Shown in pieces: positions 56,360-64,000 of a stretch of DNA of 64,000 nt. A model generated the notes under the pieces. That model was not told the DNA's origin and did not search any database. It saw nothing but the letters and a program-made list of their open reading frames with translations. The translations under genes were made by a program, and so were the position numbers. The first letter of the stretch is position 1; each line of letters starts with the position of its first letter. Source of the DNA: Dehalococcoidia bacterium (lineage in GTDB: Bacteria > Chloroflexota > Dehalococcoidia > Lucifugimonadales > GCA-2712585); assembly GCA_965208725.1 (NCBI GenBank), contig CBDBPI010000002.1:208870-272869 (forward strand), in the 5' to 3' direction.

Positions 56360-56838
56360 TGTTGGATAGGAAGGAAGTCACCATATATACCGATGGTGCG
56401 TGCATCGGCAACCCTGGCCCAGGTGGCTATGGTGTCGTGCTGAAATATGGAGAGCATCGACGAGAGATGAGTGAAGGTTTTCGCCGTACTACTAACAACC
56501 GAATGGAATTAATGGGCCCAATAAAAGGCTTGGAAGCGCTTAATCAAAGTTGTAGCGTAACCCTCCTCAGCGACTCGCGATATGTTGTTGATAGCATTGA
56601 AAAGGGCTGGGCCAAGCGTTGGAGAGAAAATGGTTGGAAACGCAATAAGCGGGACAAGGCCATCAACCCTGATCTTTGGGAAATACTTCTAGATCTTTGT
56701 GAGAAACACGATGTTGAGTTTCGTTGGGTCCGCGGTCACGCTGGAGACCAGGAGAACGAGCGATGCGATCAATTGGCGACTCAAGCAGCCCAAGGAGACG
56801 GATTGAAATTGGATGAAGCGTATGAATCACTCTCATAG
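56359..56838 (+). CDS. rnhA: ribonuclease HI
   Basis: 159 aa. The DEDD residues are in canonical contexts (IYTDGAC, NNRMEL, LLSDS, NERCDQLA). The start shares one nucleotide with the upstream stop (TGATG). Low G+C. Confidence 0.9.
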   Translation: MLDRKEVTIYTDGACIGNPGPGGYGVVLKYGEHRREMSEGFRRTTNNRMELMGPIKGLEALNQSCSVTLLSDSRYVVDSIEKGWAKRWRENGWKRNKRDKAINPDLWEILLDLCEKHDVEFRWVRGHAGDQENERCDQLATQAAQGDGLKLDEAYESLS

Positions 56839-56862
56839 CCGTAGCACCCTTTTTCCCTCCCG

Positions 56863-56888
56863 GTAGGGACGGGTTTTAAACCCGTCCG
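56863..56888 (+). repeat. family-B GTAGGG-hairpin repeat, copy 5
   Basis: gtagggacgggttttaaacccgtccg (GGACGGGTTT/AAACCCGTCC stem). Confidence 0.7.
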
Positions 56889-57133
56889 CTTCTTCCCACC
56901 CCTCCCCCAAAACCGCCTCTTCACCCCTTGACGCCGATCTCTCTCCCCTGCTAGTCTTCCATACATGAAACATATAAGCTCAAACAACAAAGAAACGGCA
57001 GGCTCTCCTGACCTCCTATCCATGCAGACCACCCACTCATCCGCTCGAAATTCAGACTCGTTTCCCCATTTTTTTGAACGATTATCCCCCTAATTGCCCC
57101 TTCTCAGGCACAAAATCCCCCAAAAACCCTGTC

Positions 57134-57154
57134 GACTCGTTTTCAAAACGAGTC
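57134..57154. promoter_or_regulatory. 21-nt perfect palindrome upstream of recA (possible operator)
   Basis: gactcgtttt-c-aaaacgagtc. A half-site-like copy, cagactcgtttcccc, lies about 80 nt upstream. Confidence 0.3.
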
Positions 57155-57259
57155 TCTCCGCCGCAGTGCCTTCACGGATTAGGGGGGGCCTATCCTCTAC
57201 CCTCCATCTTCTTCCGTAACACCGGTTCCTGAACCCCCCTTTATTGCCCCCAAACAAAA

Positions 57260-57288
57260 TTGCTGTTGGCAAATTTATGTGTTACTAT
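57260..57288 (+). promoter_or_regulatory. candidate sigma-70-type recA promoter
   Basis: TTGCTG-N17-TACTAT with TGT immediately 5' of the -10, about 20 nt upstream of the recA SD GGAGG. Confidence 0.45.
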
Positions 57289-57307
57289 ATGGCCCATTGG
57301 AGGCGAA

Positions 57308-58330
57308 ATGGCAAAAAAACAACAGAATGCCCTGGAAATAGCACTTACTCAGATTGAAAGACACTACGGCCGCGGGGCCGTCATGCGGCTCGGCGAGTCC
57401 GACACGGTCCATGCAACCGAAGTCATCCCCACCGGCTCCCTTGCCCTCGACCTCGCCCTTGGCGTCGGCGGCATCCCCAAGGGCCGCGTCACCGAAATCT
57501 ACGGCGCGGAGTCCGCAGGCAAGTCCACACTGGCCATCCACGTCATGGCTGAGAGCCAGAAGCAAGGTGGCGTCGCCGCCTACATCGACGTCGAACACGC
57601 CCTTGATCCCGTCTACGCAGGAAATTGCGGCGTTGACGTGGATTCCCTTCTGGTGTCCCAGCCCGACGACGCCGAGCAGGCCCTCGAAATCACTGAGTAC
57701 CTAGTCCGCAGCGGAGCCGTTCAGGTTGTTGTCGTCGACAGCGTTGCCGCCCTCGTCCCCCGCTCCGAAATCGAGGGCGACATGGGCGACACCCACGTAG
57801 GCTTGCAGGCCCGGCTCATGTCCCAGGCCCTCCGCAAGCTCACCTCCGCCATCAACCGCTCCCACACGGCCGTCGTCTTCATCAACCAGCTCCGCGAGAA
57901 GGTCGGCGTCATGTTCGGCAGCCCGGAGGTCACCCCCGGCGGTCGCGCCCTCAAGTTCTACAGCTCCGTCCGCATAGACCTCCGCCGCGTGGAGGCCCTC
58001 AAGAAAGGCTCCGATATCGTCGGCAGCCGTGTCCGCGCCCGGGTCGTCAAGAACAAGGTCGCGCCCCCCTTCCGCGTCGCCGAGTTCGACATCATGTACA
58101 GCAAGGGCATAAGCTGGACCGGCGACCTGTTGGAACTCGGCACCGGCCAGGGCCTTATCCAGAAACGGGGTTCCTTCTACTCCTACGGCGAGACGCGCCT
58201 CGGTCAGGGACGCGAAAACGCCAAGCAGTTCCTTGAAGAGAACGACGTTATGGCGAAGGAAATCGAGGCCCTTATCCGGGGTGAGAAGCCGGAGCCCGCG
58301 CCCGAGGCGGCTGCCGTCCCAGCCGACTGA
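57308..58330 (+). CDS. recA: recombinase RecA
   Basis: [30 protein letters not shown]..., Walker [10 protein letters not shown]. The ATG at 57308 follows GGAGG. Confidence 0.97.
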   Translation: MAKKQQNALEIALTQIERHYGRGAVMRLGESDTVHATEVIPTGSLALDLALGVGGIPKGRVTEIYGAESAGKSTLAIHVMAESQKQGGVAAYIDVEHALDPVYAGNCGVDVDSLLVSQPDDAEQALEITEYLVRSGAVQVVVVDSVAALVPRSEIEGDMGDTHVGLQARLMSQALRKLTSAINRSHTAVVFINQLREKVGVMFGSPEVTPGGRALKFYSSVRIDLRRVEALKKGSDIVGSRVRARVVKNKVAPPFRVAEFDIMYSKGISWTGDLLELGTGQGLIQKRGSFYSYGETRLGQGRENAKQFLEENDVMAKEIEALIRGEKPEPAPEAAAVPAD

Positions 58331-58866
58331 TAGCCATTCCCCCCTCTCAGCGAGGCCGCGGGTCGTCTCACGGACGGCGCAAGACTCCCAAAACCCCTTG
58401 GGACGTCGCCCTGCGCTTCCTCTCCTATCGCGGGCGCAGCGAGACGGAGATCCGCCGCCGCCTCGCGAAGGACTTCGAACCCCAGCAGGTCGAAGAGACC
58501 GTGGCCCGCCTCAAGGAATCCGGCCTGCTTGACGATGCCGCCTTTGCGAGAGACTGGCGTAATAGCCGGGAACGCCACGCCCCACGCTCAAAGTTCATGA
58601 TCCGGCAGGAATTAGCTCAGCGAGGTGTAAAGGGCGAGGTGGCAGAAAAGGCCCTGCAGGGCCTTGACGAGGCGGACATGGCCCAGCGCGTCGGGGCCAA
58701 GTATCTCAGACGACTATCTGGCCTGGACCGGCGGGCCTTCTACACCCGGATGATGGGCTACCTCCGCCGTCGAGGCTTCAACTACCGCATCTGCGCCGAC
58801 ACCACCCAACGCCTCTGGACTGAGGCTTCCAATGCGGCGGAGGACGATGCCTTCCAGGCTGGCTGA
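58327..58866 (+). CDS. recX: recombination regulator RecX
   Basis: The frame of ORF 58501..58866 continues upstream through conserved RecX repeat 1 ([20 protein letters not shown]) with no ATG/GTG/TTG. Candidate starts are CTG 58327 (CTGA overlap with the recA stop), ATA 58330 and ATT 58336. Confidence 0.7.
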   Translation: MIAIPPSQRGRGSSHGRRKTPKTPWDVALRFLSYRGRSETEIRRRLAKDFEPQQVEETVARLKESGLLDDAAFARDWRNSRERHAPRSKFMIRQELAQRGVKGEVAEKALQGLDEADMAQRVGAKYLRRLSGLDRRAFYTRMMGYLRRRGFNYRICADTTQRLWTEASNAAEDDAFQAG

Positions 58867-58877
58867 ATGTCGCTGCC

Positions 58878-59399
58878 CTACCTCACCCTGCTCACGGCAA
58901 TATACGCCGCCAGCCCCAGGAACAGCAACGCAAACCCGATGTCCAGAAAGTCGTATCTGAATCTGATGGTCTGCAACAGGATGATTGCCGCTGCTGTCGC
59001 AAATGCAATCCCAACCCCCGCCGCCGCAATTATCGCCAGACCGACTCCCCTCTTCCGGTTCGTGACTCGGCTGACGGCTTCTCCCAACAGATAACCAACG
59101 CCGGCGGCCAGAATCCCGGTCACGAAGGGAAAATGGCCGAATTCCATCCGCAGAACTGCCCCCACCACTCCGAGTATTCCCCCGAACCCCACTGCCGACG
59201 CAGACGCGAGCAAATACTGCATGGCACTCACGTCGAACACCGGCGACTTCCGCACCCGGGCGCAGTCGTTGCACCGGCTCCCCACCGGCGTCTGAATCAT
59301 GCATTGGGGACAGATGAACCGTCCGCATCTGCCGCACGACAGACCCGTCTCCACGTTTCGGTGCGTAGCGCAGTAGTTCACCGTCTCCGGGTATTCCAT
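58878..59399 (-). CDS. membrane protein with N-terminal B-box/zinc-ribbon-like Cys cluster
   Basis: MEYPETVNYCATHRNVETGLSCGRCGRFICPQCM...CNDC followed by about 4 TM segments. The rest of the 351-aa ORF overlaps plsY out of frame. Confidence 0.5.
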   Translation of the reverse strand: MEYPETVNYCATHRNVETGLSCGRCGRFICPQCMIQTPVGSRCNDCARVRKSPVFDVSAMQYLLASASAVGFGGILGVVGAVLRMEFGHFPFVTGILAAGVGYLLGEAVSRVTNRKRGVGLAIIAAAGVGIAFATAAAIILLQTIRFRYDFLDIGFALLFLGLAAYIAVSRVR

Positions 59400-59404
59400 A
59401 CCCC

Positions 59405-60139
59405 TCAGCCTCCGGAATCCCTGGTGGAAGTGGGCTCCCGGCTTATCCACTCGTCCCGGTCGTCCACGTCCCGGTCCCTCACCAGCCGGTTGAACAGCAC
59501 CTTGGTCGCAGAATAGCCGGGAACGTCGGGCCTTCCGTTTGCCGTCAACCGCCTCAGCACGATTATCCCAATCATACCAAAGCAGTACCATACCACCACC
59601 GTCGATTGCCCCAGCAGGAACGTCCACAGCGGCAGTAGTAGCAGGGAAATCAACACCATCAGGGCAGACCGGCGTATGAAGTATCCCGGCAGACCAACGG
59701 CGATGAACAGCCAAAGCTGGAAGAACGCCATACCCAGAAGTCCTCCCGCCGCCGTCCCGATGCCACGCCCTCCCTGAAACTTCAGGAAAATGGGCCAGTT
59801 GTGCCCCGCGATGGATAGGAGACTTGCCAGCGCCAGCGCGGGCGTGCTCCGGTCGAAGCCCATCAGGAAGTTCGCGGTCCAGATCCCCGTCGGCCCTTCC
59901 ACCTGCACGTCCAACAGCACAATTCCCACCCACACGGGCGAAGCTCCCTTGACGAAGATCTCAAAAATTCCCAGCGGTATCAGCCATCGTTTCCCCACGT
60001 GCTCGAACACGTTGGAGCCGCCCACGTTGCCGCTTCCGTACTTCCGTATGTCGATGCCCCTGACCCACCGGCCGATGATATAGGCCGTGGGTATCGATCC
60101 CACCAGGTAGGAATAGACGAATAGCAGAGCCAGTTCCAC
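59405..60139 (-). CDS. plsY: glycerol-3-phosphate acyltransferase PlsY
   Basis: YLVGSIPTAYIIGR...GSGNVGGSNV motifs. Has a C-terminal extension. Confidence 0.9.
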   Translation of the reverse strand: MELALLFVYSYLVGSIPTAYIIGRWVRGIDIRKYGSGNVGGSNVFEHVGKRWLIPLGIFEIFVKGASPVWVGIVLLDVQVEGPTGIWTANFLMGFDRSTPALALASLLSIAGHNWPIFLKFQGGRGIGTAAGGLLGMAFFQLWLFIAVGLPGYFIRRSALMVLISLLLLPLWTFLLGQSTVVVWYCFGMIGIIVLRRLTANGRPDVPGYSATKVLFNRLVRDRDVDDRDEWISREPTSTRDSGG

Positions 60140-60160
60140 GGCGCGGGGCTTCTCCCTACC

Positions 60161-61021
60161 CTAGTCCTCCGTTGGACTGGTTGCGCCCCGGGCGCAACGA
60201 GCGTAAAGCGCTTCCACCACCGTTTCCGGCGGTCCCGTGTGACCGGGCAGCGTTTCGTCCGGCTGGCCGAGAGCGTGATAGTCGCTGCCCCCGCAGGTAA
60301 GCAGGTCGAATCGCTTGGCAATCTCCCCAAGCTCTCTCACTGTCTTGGGCGGGTAGTGACTGTAGAAGACCTCCATGCCCGCAAGCCCCGCATCCTTCAT
60401 CCGTACCAGGTGCGACTCCAGGTTGTTCACGTAGGATGGATGGGCCAGCACGGCGGCTCCCCCAACCCCGCGTATGATACCGACGGCATCCTCAGGGCTT
60501 AGCTTCTGCCGTTCCACGTAGGCGGGCCCGTCTCGTCCCAGGTAGAGATCGAAGGCCTCCCGAACTCCAGGCACGTATCCCCGTTCCACCATCGCCAGGG
60601 CTATGTGAGGACGTCCAACGGCCCCGTCTCCGGCAAAGTGCAGCACCCGCTCCCACTCCACCGGCAGCCCCAGCTCCTCCAGTCGCTCCACCATCGCCTG
60701 TCCCCGGCCTACCCTGCCCTGCCGGAACCCAGACAATACCTGCTGGAAATCCGGGTTCTTCCAGTCCAGAAAATAACCCAGCACGTGAATTTCCGAGTCG
60801 CCCGCCTCGGTGCTCAGCTCTATGCCGGGAATCAGCTTCAGGTCGGGAAACTGCTCCTTGGCCTTGTAGGCCTCTGCCAGCCCCTCCGTGGAGTCGTGGT
60901 CGGTGATAGCGGCGAACCGGAGGCCCCGCTCTCCCAGCAGGTTCACCAGCTCCGTCGGCGACAACCGCCCGTCGGAAGCTGTGGTGTGCAGATGAAGGTC
61001 GACGGTAGCCAATACGCTCAC
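60161..61021 (-). CDS. PHP-domain phosphoesterase (TrpH/YciV-like)
   Basis: DLHLHTTASDGRLSP N-terminal PHP motif. Confidence 0.8.
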   Translation of the reverse strand: MSVLATVDLHLHTTASDGRLSPTELVNLLGERGLRFAAITDHDSTEGLAEAYKAKEQFPDLKLIPGIELSTEAGDSEIHVLGYFLDWKNPDFQQVLSGFRQGRVGRGQAMVERLEELGLPVEWERVLHFAGDGAVGRPHIALAMVERGYVPGVREAFDLYLGRDGPAYVERQKLSPEDAVGIIRGVGGAAVLAHPSYVNNLESHLVRMKDAGLAGMEVFYSHYPPKTVRELGEIAKRFDLLTCGGSDYHALGQPDETLPGHTGPPETVVEALYARCARGATSPTED

Positions 61022-61788
61022 TCCACCAACCGGTCTACCCGCTCTACGCGGGAAGCCCGCCCCGTTTCGTCGTCAATCTCCACCATCACGGAGTTGAAGG
61101 TCACCGGTCCTTTGGCTACGGAGAAGCGCTGCGGCGTCTGCGTCAGAAACTTCTCCAGCACCACGTTGGGGTCCGTCCCGATTACTGAGTTGATCGGCCC
61201 TACCATTCCCAGGTCGGACACGAAGGCCGTTCCCTCCGGCATTATCCGGTGGTCCGCCGTCGGCACGTGGGTATGCGTCCCCACTACGGCGCTCACCCGC
61301 CCGTCCAGAAACCAGCCCAGGGCCTGCTTCTCAGAGGTTGCTTCGGCGTGGAAGTCCACCAGCACAATCGTCTCCGGCGGTCCTCCCACTTCCGCAAGCA
61401 CCCGTTCCGCCTCGCGAAACGGACAGTCCAGCGGTTCCATAAACACGCGCCCCATAAGGTTCAGCGTCACCACGTTACCCACCCTTAGGTGACCCCTTCC
61501 GGGCACCCCGGGCGGAAAGTTGGAAGGTCTCACGATGGGAAGGTCTTCCTGCAGGTGCGGAATAATCTCCTTCTTCTTCCAGATGTGATTGCCGGTGGTC
61601 AGTACGTCCACCCCGGCCTCCAGAAGCTGCTGGGCCGTTTTGTAGGTGATGCCCAGACCTCCGGCGGAGTTCTCACCGTTGCACACCACCAGGTCAAGCC
61701 CATACTCCTGCCGAAGAGAAGGCAGCAGCCGCCGGACCGCCTTGCGCCCCGGACTGCCCATAACGTCGCCAATCATCAACACACGCAA
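61018..61788 (-). CDS. ymdB: YmdB-like metallophosphoesterase
   Basis: MRVLMIGDVMGSPGR..., GNH, and its position downstream of rny. Confidence 0.85.
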   Translation of the reverse strand: MRVLMIGDVMGSPGRKAVRRLLPSLRQEYGLDLVVCNGENSAGGLGITYKTAQQLLEAGVDVLTTGNHIWKKKEIIPHLQEDLPIVRPSNFPPGVPGRGHLRVGNVVTLNLMGRVFMEPLDCPFREAERVLAEVGGPPETIVLVDFHAEATSEKQALGWFLDGRVSAVVGTHTHVPTADHRIMPEGTAFVSDLGMVGPINSVIGTDPNVVLEKFLTQTPQRFSVAKGPVTFNSVMVEIDDETGRASRVERVDRLVE

Positions 61789-61812
61789 AGGAAACTACCC
61801 CTCCTTCTTCCT

Positions 61813-61850
61813 CCTTCCCCCTCGACGGGGGAAGGCTGGGATGGGGGTGA
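61813..61850 (+). repeat. family-A repeat, copy 8
   Basis: ccttccccctcgacgggggaaggctgggatgggggtga. Confidence 0.85.
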
Positions 61851-62004
61851 CGCTCCTCACAATCTTCGTACGGAAAGGATTCAAACCTGCCCTCTCCTTG
61901 AATGGATGGGGCATTGTCTGCATGTCCCTGTAACCGACAGCCCGCCTGCGGATTCTGAGGTCTGCGCTTGTCATGGCGAATATTCTATCAGCGCCTTGAG
62001 GCAG

Positions 62005-63492
62005 CTAGTGGGCTATCTCTATATTGCGGGTTTCCCGCACCACGGTCACCTTTATCTGACCGGGATAGATCAGCTCATCCTCCACCTTCTTGGCAACGTC
62101 CCGCGCAAGCACGGCCGCCTCGAAGTCGTCGATGTGCTCCGGCCTGACGATTATCCGCACCTCTCGGCCCGCCTGTATGGCGTAGGCCTTCTGCACTCCG
62201 TCGAAGCTGGTAGCAACGCCCTCAAGGGCCTCCAGCCGCTGGATGTACTGCTCCAGGCTCTCCTTGCGTGCGCCCGGTCGGGCCGCGCTGATGGCGTCGG
62301 CTGCGGCTACGATGAGCGCCTCCACGGAGCCGCGGTCGTCCTCGTGGTGCTCCACAATGGCCCGGCGCACCTCGGAGTCGATGCCGTACTTCTCGGCAAT
62401 GTCGTCTCCGATGTCCACGTGGCTCCCCTGCACCTCGTGGGTCATGGCTTTGCCGATGTCATGCAGCAGCCCGCCGGCCTTGGCGACTTCTATGTCTGCG
62501 CCCATTTCGGAGGCTATCATCCCCGCCAGCAGGGACACTTCCACCGAATGCTGGAGGATGTTCTCCCCGTAGCTGTAGCGGTACTTCAGCCTGCCGAGAA
62601 GCTTCTTCAGTTCAGGACTGAGCCCCTTCACGTTGGCGTCGAAGGTCGCTTCCTCGCCCGACTTGTAGATGGTCTCTTCAACCTCTACCTGGGATTTCCG
62701 GACAATGTCCTCTATCCGGCTGGGGTGAATGCGCCCGTCCTGGATCAGCTTCTCCAGCGCAATCCGCGCGATCTCTCGGCGGATGGGGTCGAAGCAGGAG
62801 ATGGTAATCATCTCCGGCGTGTCGTCTATCAGAATGTCCACGCCCATGGCTGCTTCCATGGCGCGGATGTTGCGGCCTTCCCGGCCGATAAGGCGACCCT
62901 TCATCCCGTCGCTGGGCAGCGCCACGCGGGAGGTGCTTCTTTCTGAGACAACGTCTGAGGCAAGTCGTTGAATAGCCAGCGTGATTACCTTCCGGGCCTC
63001 GTCGTCCACCCGGTCCCGCATCTGGCGTTCCAACTCGTAGTAACGCTTGGCCAAATCGTGGTTCATCTCCTGCTCTGCACGGTTCAGAACCACGCCGCGG
63101 GCCTCCTCGGATGAGAGGCCGGCAATCCTTTCCAGCTGTTCAACCTGCTCCTTCTTGAGTTCGTCCAGGCGGGCTTTCTCCTCTTCCACGCCCGCTTCCT
63201 TGGTTGCAATGGCGGTTTCCCGCTTGTCCAGGGACTGTCCCCTGTTCTCTAGGTTCTCTTCTCTGCGTCGATGGCGCTTCTCCTGCGTGCGCAGGTCGCG
63301 GCGTCTCTCTTTGATTTCCTCTTCAGCGCCCGACCGGAGCTTCAAGGCAGCTTCTCGCCCTTCTAGTATGAGTTTGCGCTTCTGCTCTTCGGCCTCCTCG
63401 ATTATTTGCTGAGCTTCTAGCCTGGCGGCCTTGATGCCTTTGCCTGTCAGTGCTGAGAGGAAGGCGGCAATAAAGTTCGGCAAGATAGTCAC
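62005..63492 (-). CDS. rny: ribonuclease Y
   Basis: 495 aa. N-terminal TM segment, coiled coil, KH domain (GREGRNIRA) and HD domain (LLHDIGKA). Confidence 0.95.
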   Translation of the reverse strand: MTILPNFIAAFLSALTGKGIKAARLEAQQIIEEAEEQKRKLILEGREAALKLRSGAEEEIKERRRDLRTQEKRHRRREENLENRGQSLDKRETAIATKEAGVEEEKARLDELKKEQVEQLERIAGLSSEEARGVVLNRAEQEMNHDLAKRYYELERQMRDRVDDEARKVITLAIQRLASDVVSERSTSRVALPSDGMKGRLIGREGRNIRAMEAAMGVDILIDDTPEMITISCFDPIRREIARIALEKLIQDGRIHPSRIEDIVRKSQVEVEETIYKSGEEATFDANVKGLSPELKKLLGRLKYRYSYGENILQHSVEVSLLAGMIASEMGADIEVAKAGGLLHDIGKAMTHEVQGSHVDIGDDIAEKYGIDSEVRRAIVEHHEDDRGSVEALIVAAADAISAARPGARKESLEQYIQRLEALEGVATSFDGVQKAYAIQAGREVRIIVRPEHIDDFEAAVLARDVAKKVEDELIYPGQIKVTVVRETRNIEIAH

Positions 63493-63623
63493 CGTCCTTC
63501 CGAAAAACTAGACCCTACTATTCAGTTTTTATATTTGATATGCAGGAATCCGAATTGCGTAATGATAGCCCTTGCGGAAACTGGGTGTCAAGAATTCGTT
63601 GCTTCCCAATGGCTTTTCTTCGT

Positions 63624-63959
63624 CTAGGCGTCGTCCGGCAGCAGCTCCTTCCGCCCCCTGAAAAGTGCGATTCCAAGGACGAAATAGCACACAAGCCCCA
63701 GGAACAGCGAGCTGCTGGATATCAGGACCAGCACGCTGATGTCCAGGTTGTCGAAGTGCTGCACCACCGCCAGGTTCAGCAGCAGAAGGACTCCCACAAG
63801 CGTAAGCCCGTGGGCCGCCAGCTTGAACACGCTCATCTCCGAGAACCTCGAAGCGATACCCAGTCCCAGCAAAATGGATGCAAGACAGGATATCGAAAGG
63901 AACGCAATGTACAGCGCGCCGCCCACGCTGAATACCGTTAACGCTATGTCGTGCAGCAT
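63624..63959 (-). CDS. hypothetical small membrane protein
   Basis: 111 aa with three hydrophobic segments. No family recognised. Confidence 0.35.
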   Translation of the reverse strand: MLHDIALTVFSVGGALYIAFLSISCLASILLGLGIASRFSEMSVFKLAAHGLTLVGVLLLLNLAVVQHFDNLDISVLVLISSSSLFLGLVCYFVLGIALFRGRKELLPDDA

Positions 63960-64000
63960 CGCTTCCTGCCCCGCCCCTGTTCCCGCGCCAATGCCCTTTT

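Noticed and set aside
56359-56838. RNase HI as a remnant of a retroelement (retron or LTR-type RT-RNase H).
   Set aside because: No reverse-transcriptase motifs (YxDD) occur in any frame nearby. The protein is a stand-alone E. coli-type RNase HI of normal length.
5088-61850. Whether the repeated 40-nt family-A elements form a CRISPR array.
   Set aside because: The copies are kilobases apart and single, and each sits in a different intergenic region with no regular spacers. I also saw no cas genes. They are dispersed REP/MITE-like elements.
61489-62946. 485-aa plus-strand ORF.
   Set aside because: It is antisense to RNase Y and runs through a family-A repeat. The sequence is low-complexity and not protein-like.

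Overview
Gene-dense, visibly G+C-rich (not computed) bacterial chromosomal window with about 75 protein genes, mostly on the minus strand. I found no rRNA, CRISPR array, transposase or integrase. The recA-recX ... ymdB-rny layout, the short-hairpin intergenic repeats and selenocysteine use suggest a Chloroflexota-like organism, but that is inference only.

Housekeeping and metabolic content:
- Central metabolism: gap, argC, pfkA, metF, nadE, lutABC and the glycine cleavage operon gcvT-H-PA-PB.
- Nitrogen and amide metabolism: hydantoinase A, dihydropyrimidinase, an AGXT-type aminotransferase, an amidase and gamma-glutamyltranspeptidase.
- Cell processes: tldD/pmbA, minD/minE, tatA/B/C, trxA, plsY.
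- DNA and RNA: nth, UDG, recA-recX, ymdB, rny.

Most notable observations:
1. A low-GC two-gene cassette at 55565-56838 couples a Cap12/PycTIR-type TIR-like effector carrying an unknown N-terminal domain to an RNase HI. This is a candidate undescribed defence module.
2. A tRNA-Sec gene (selC) is present, and two ORFs are interrupted by in-frame TGA exactly at catalytic Cys positions: an AhpE-like peroxiredoxin and a two-domain rhodanese. Each TGA is followed by a hairpin.
3. A novel-looking CxxC...CxxC domain occurs twice in tandem, once fused to a tartrate-dehydrogenase-like enzyme and once free-standing.
4. HicA and HicB lie in one reading frame, with an internal SD+ATG in front of the HicB part.
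5. An m5U RNA methyltransferase is fused to Maf.
6. At least three families of short hairpin repeats are dispersed in intergenic DNA, all in the same chromosomal orientation.
7. metF and recX apparently use non-canonical start codons.
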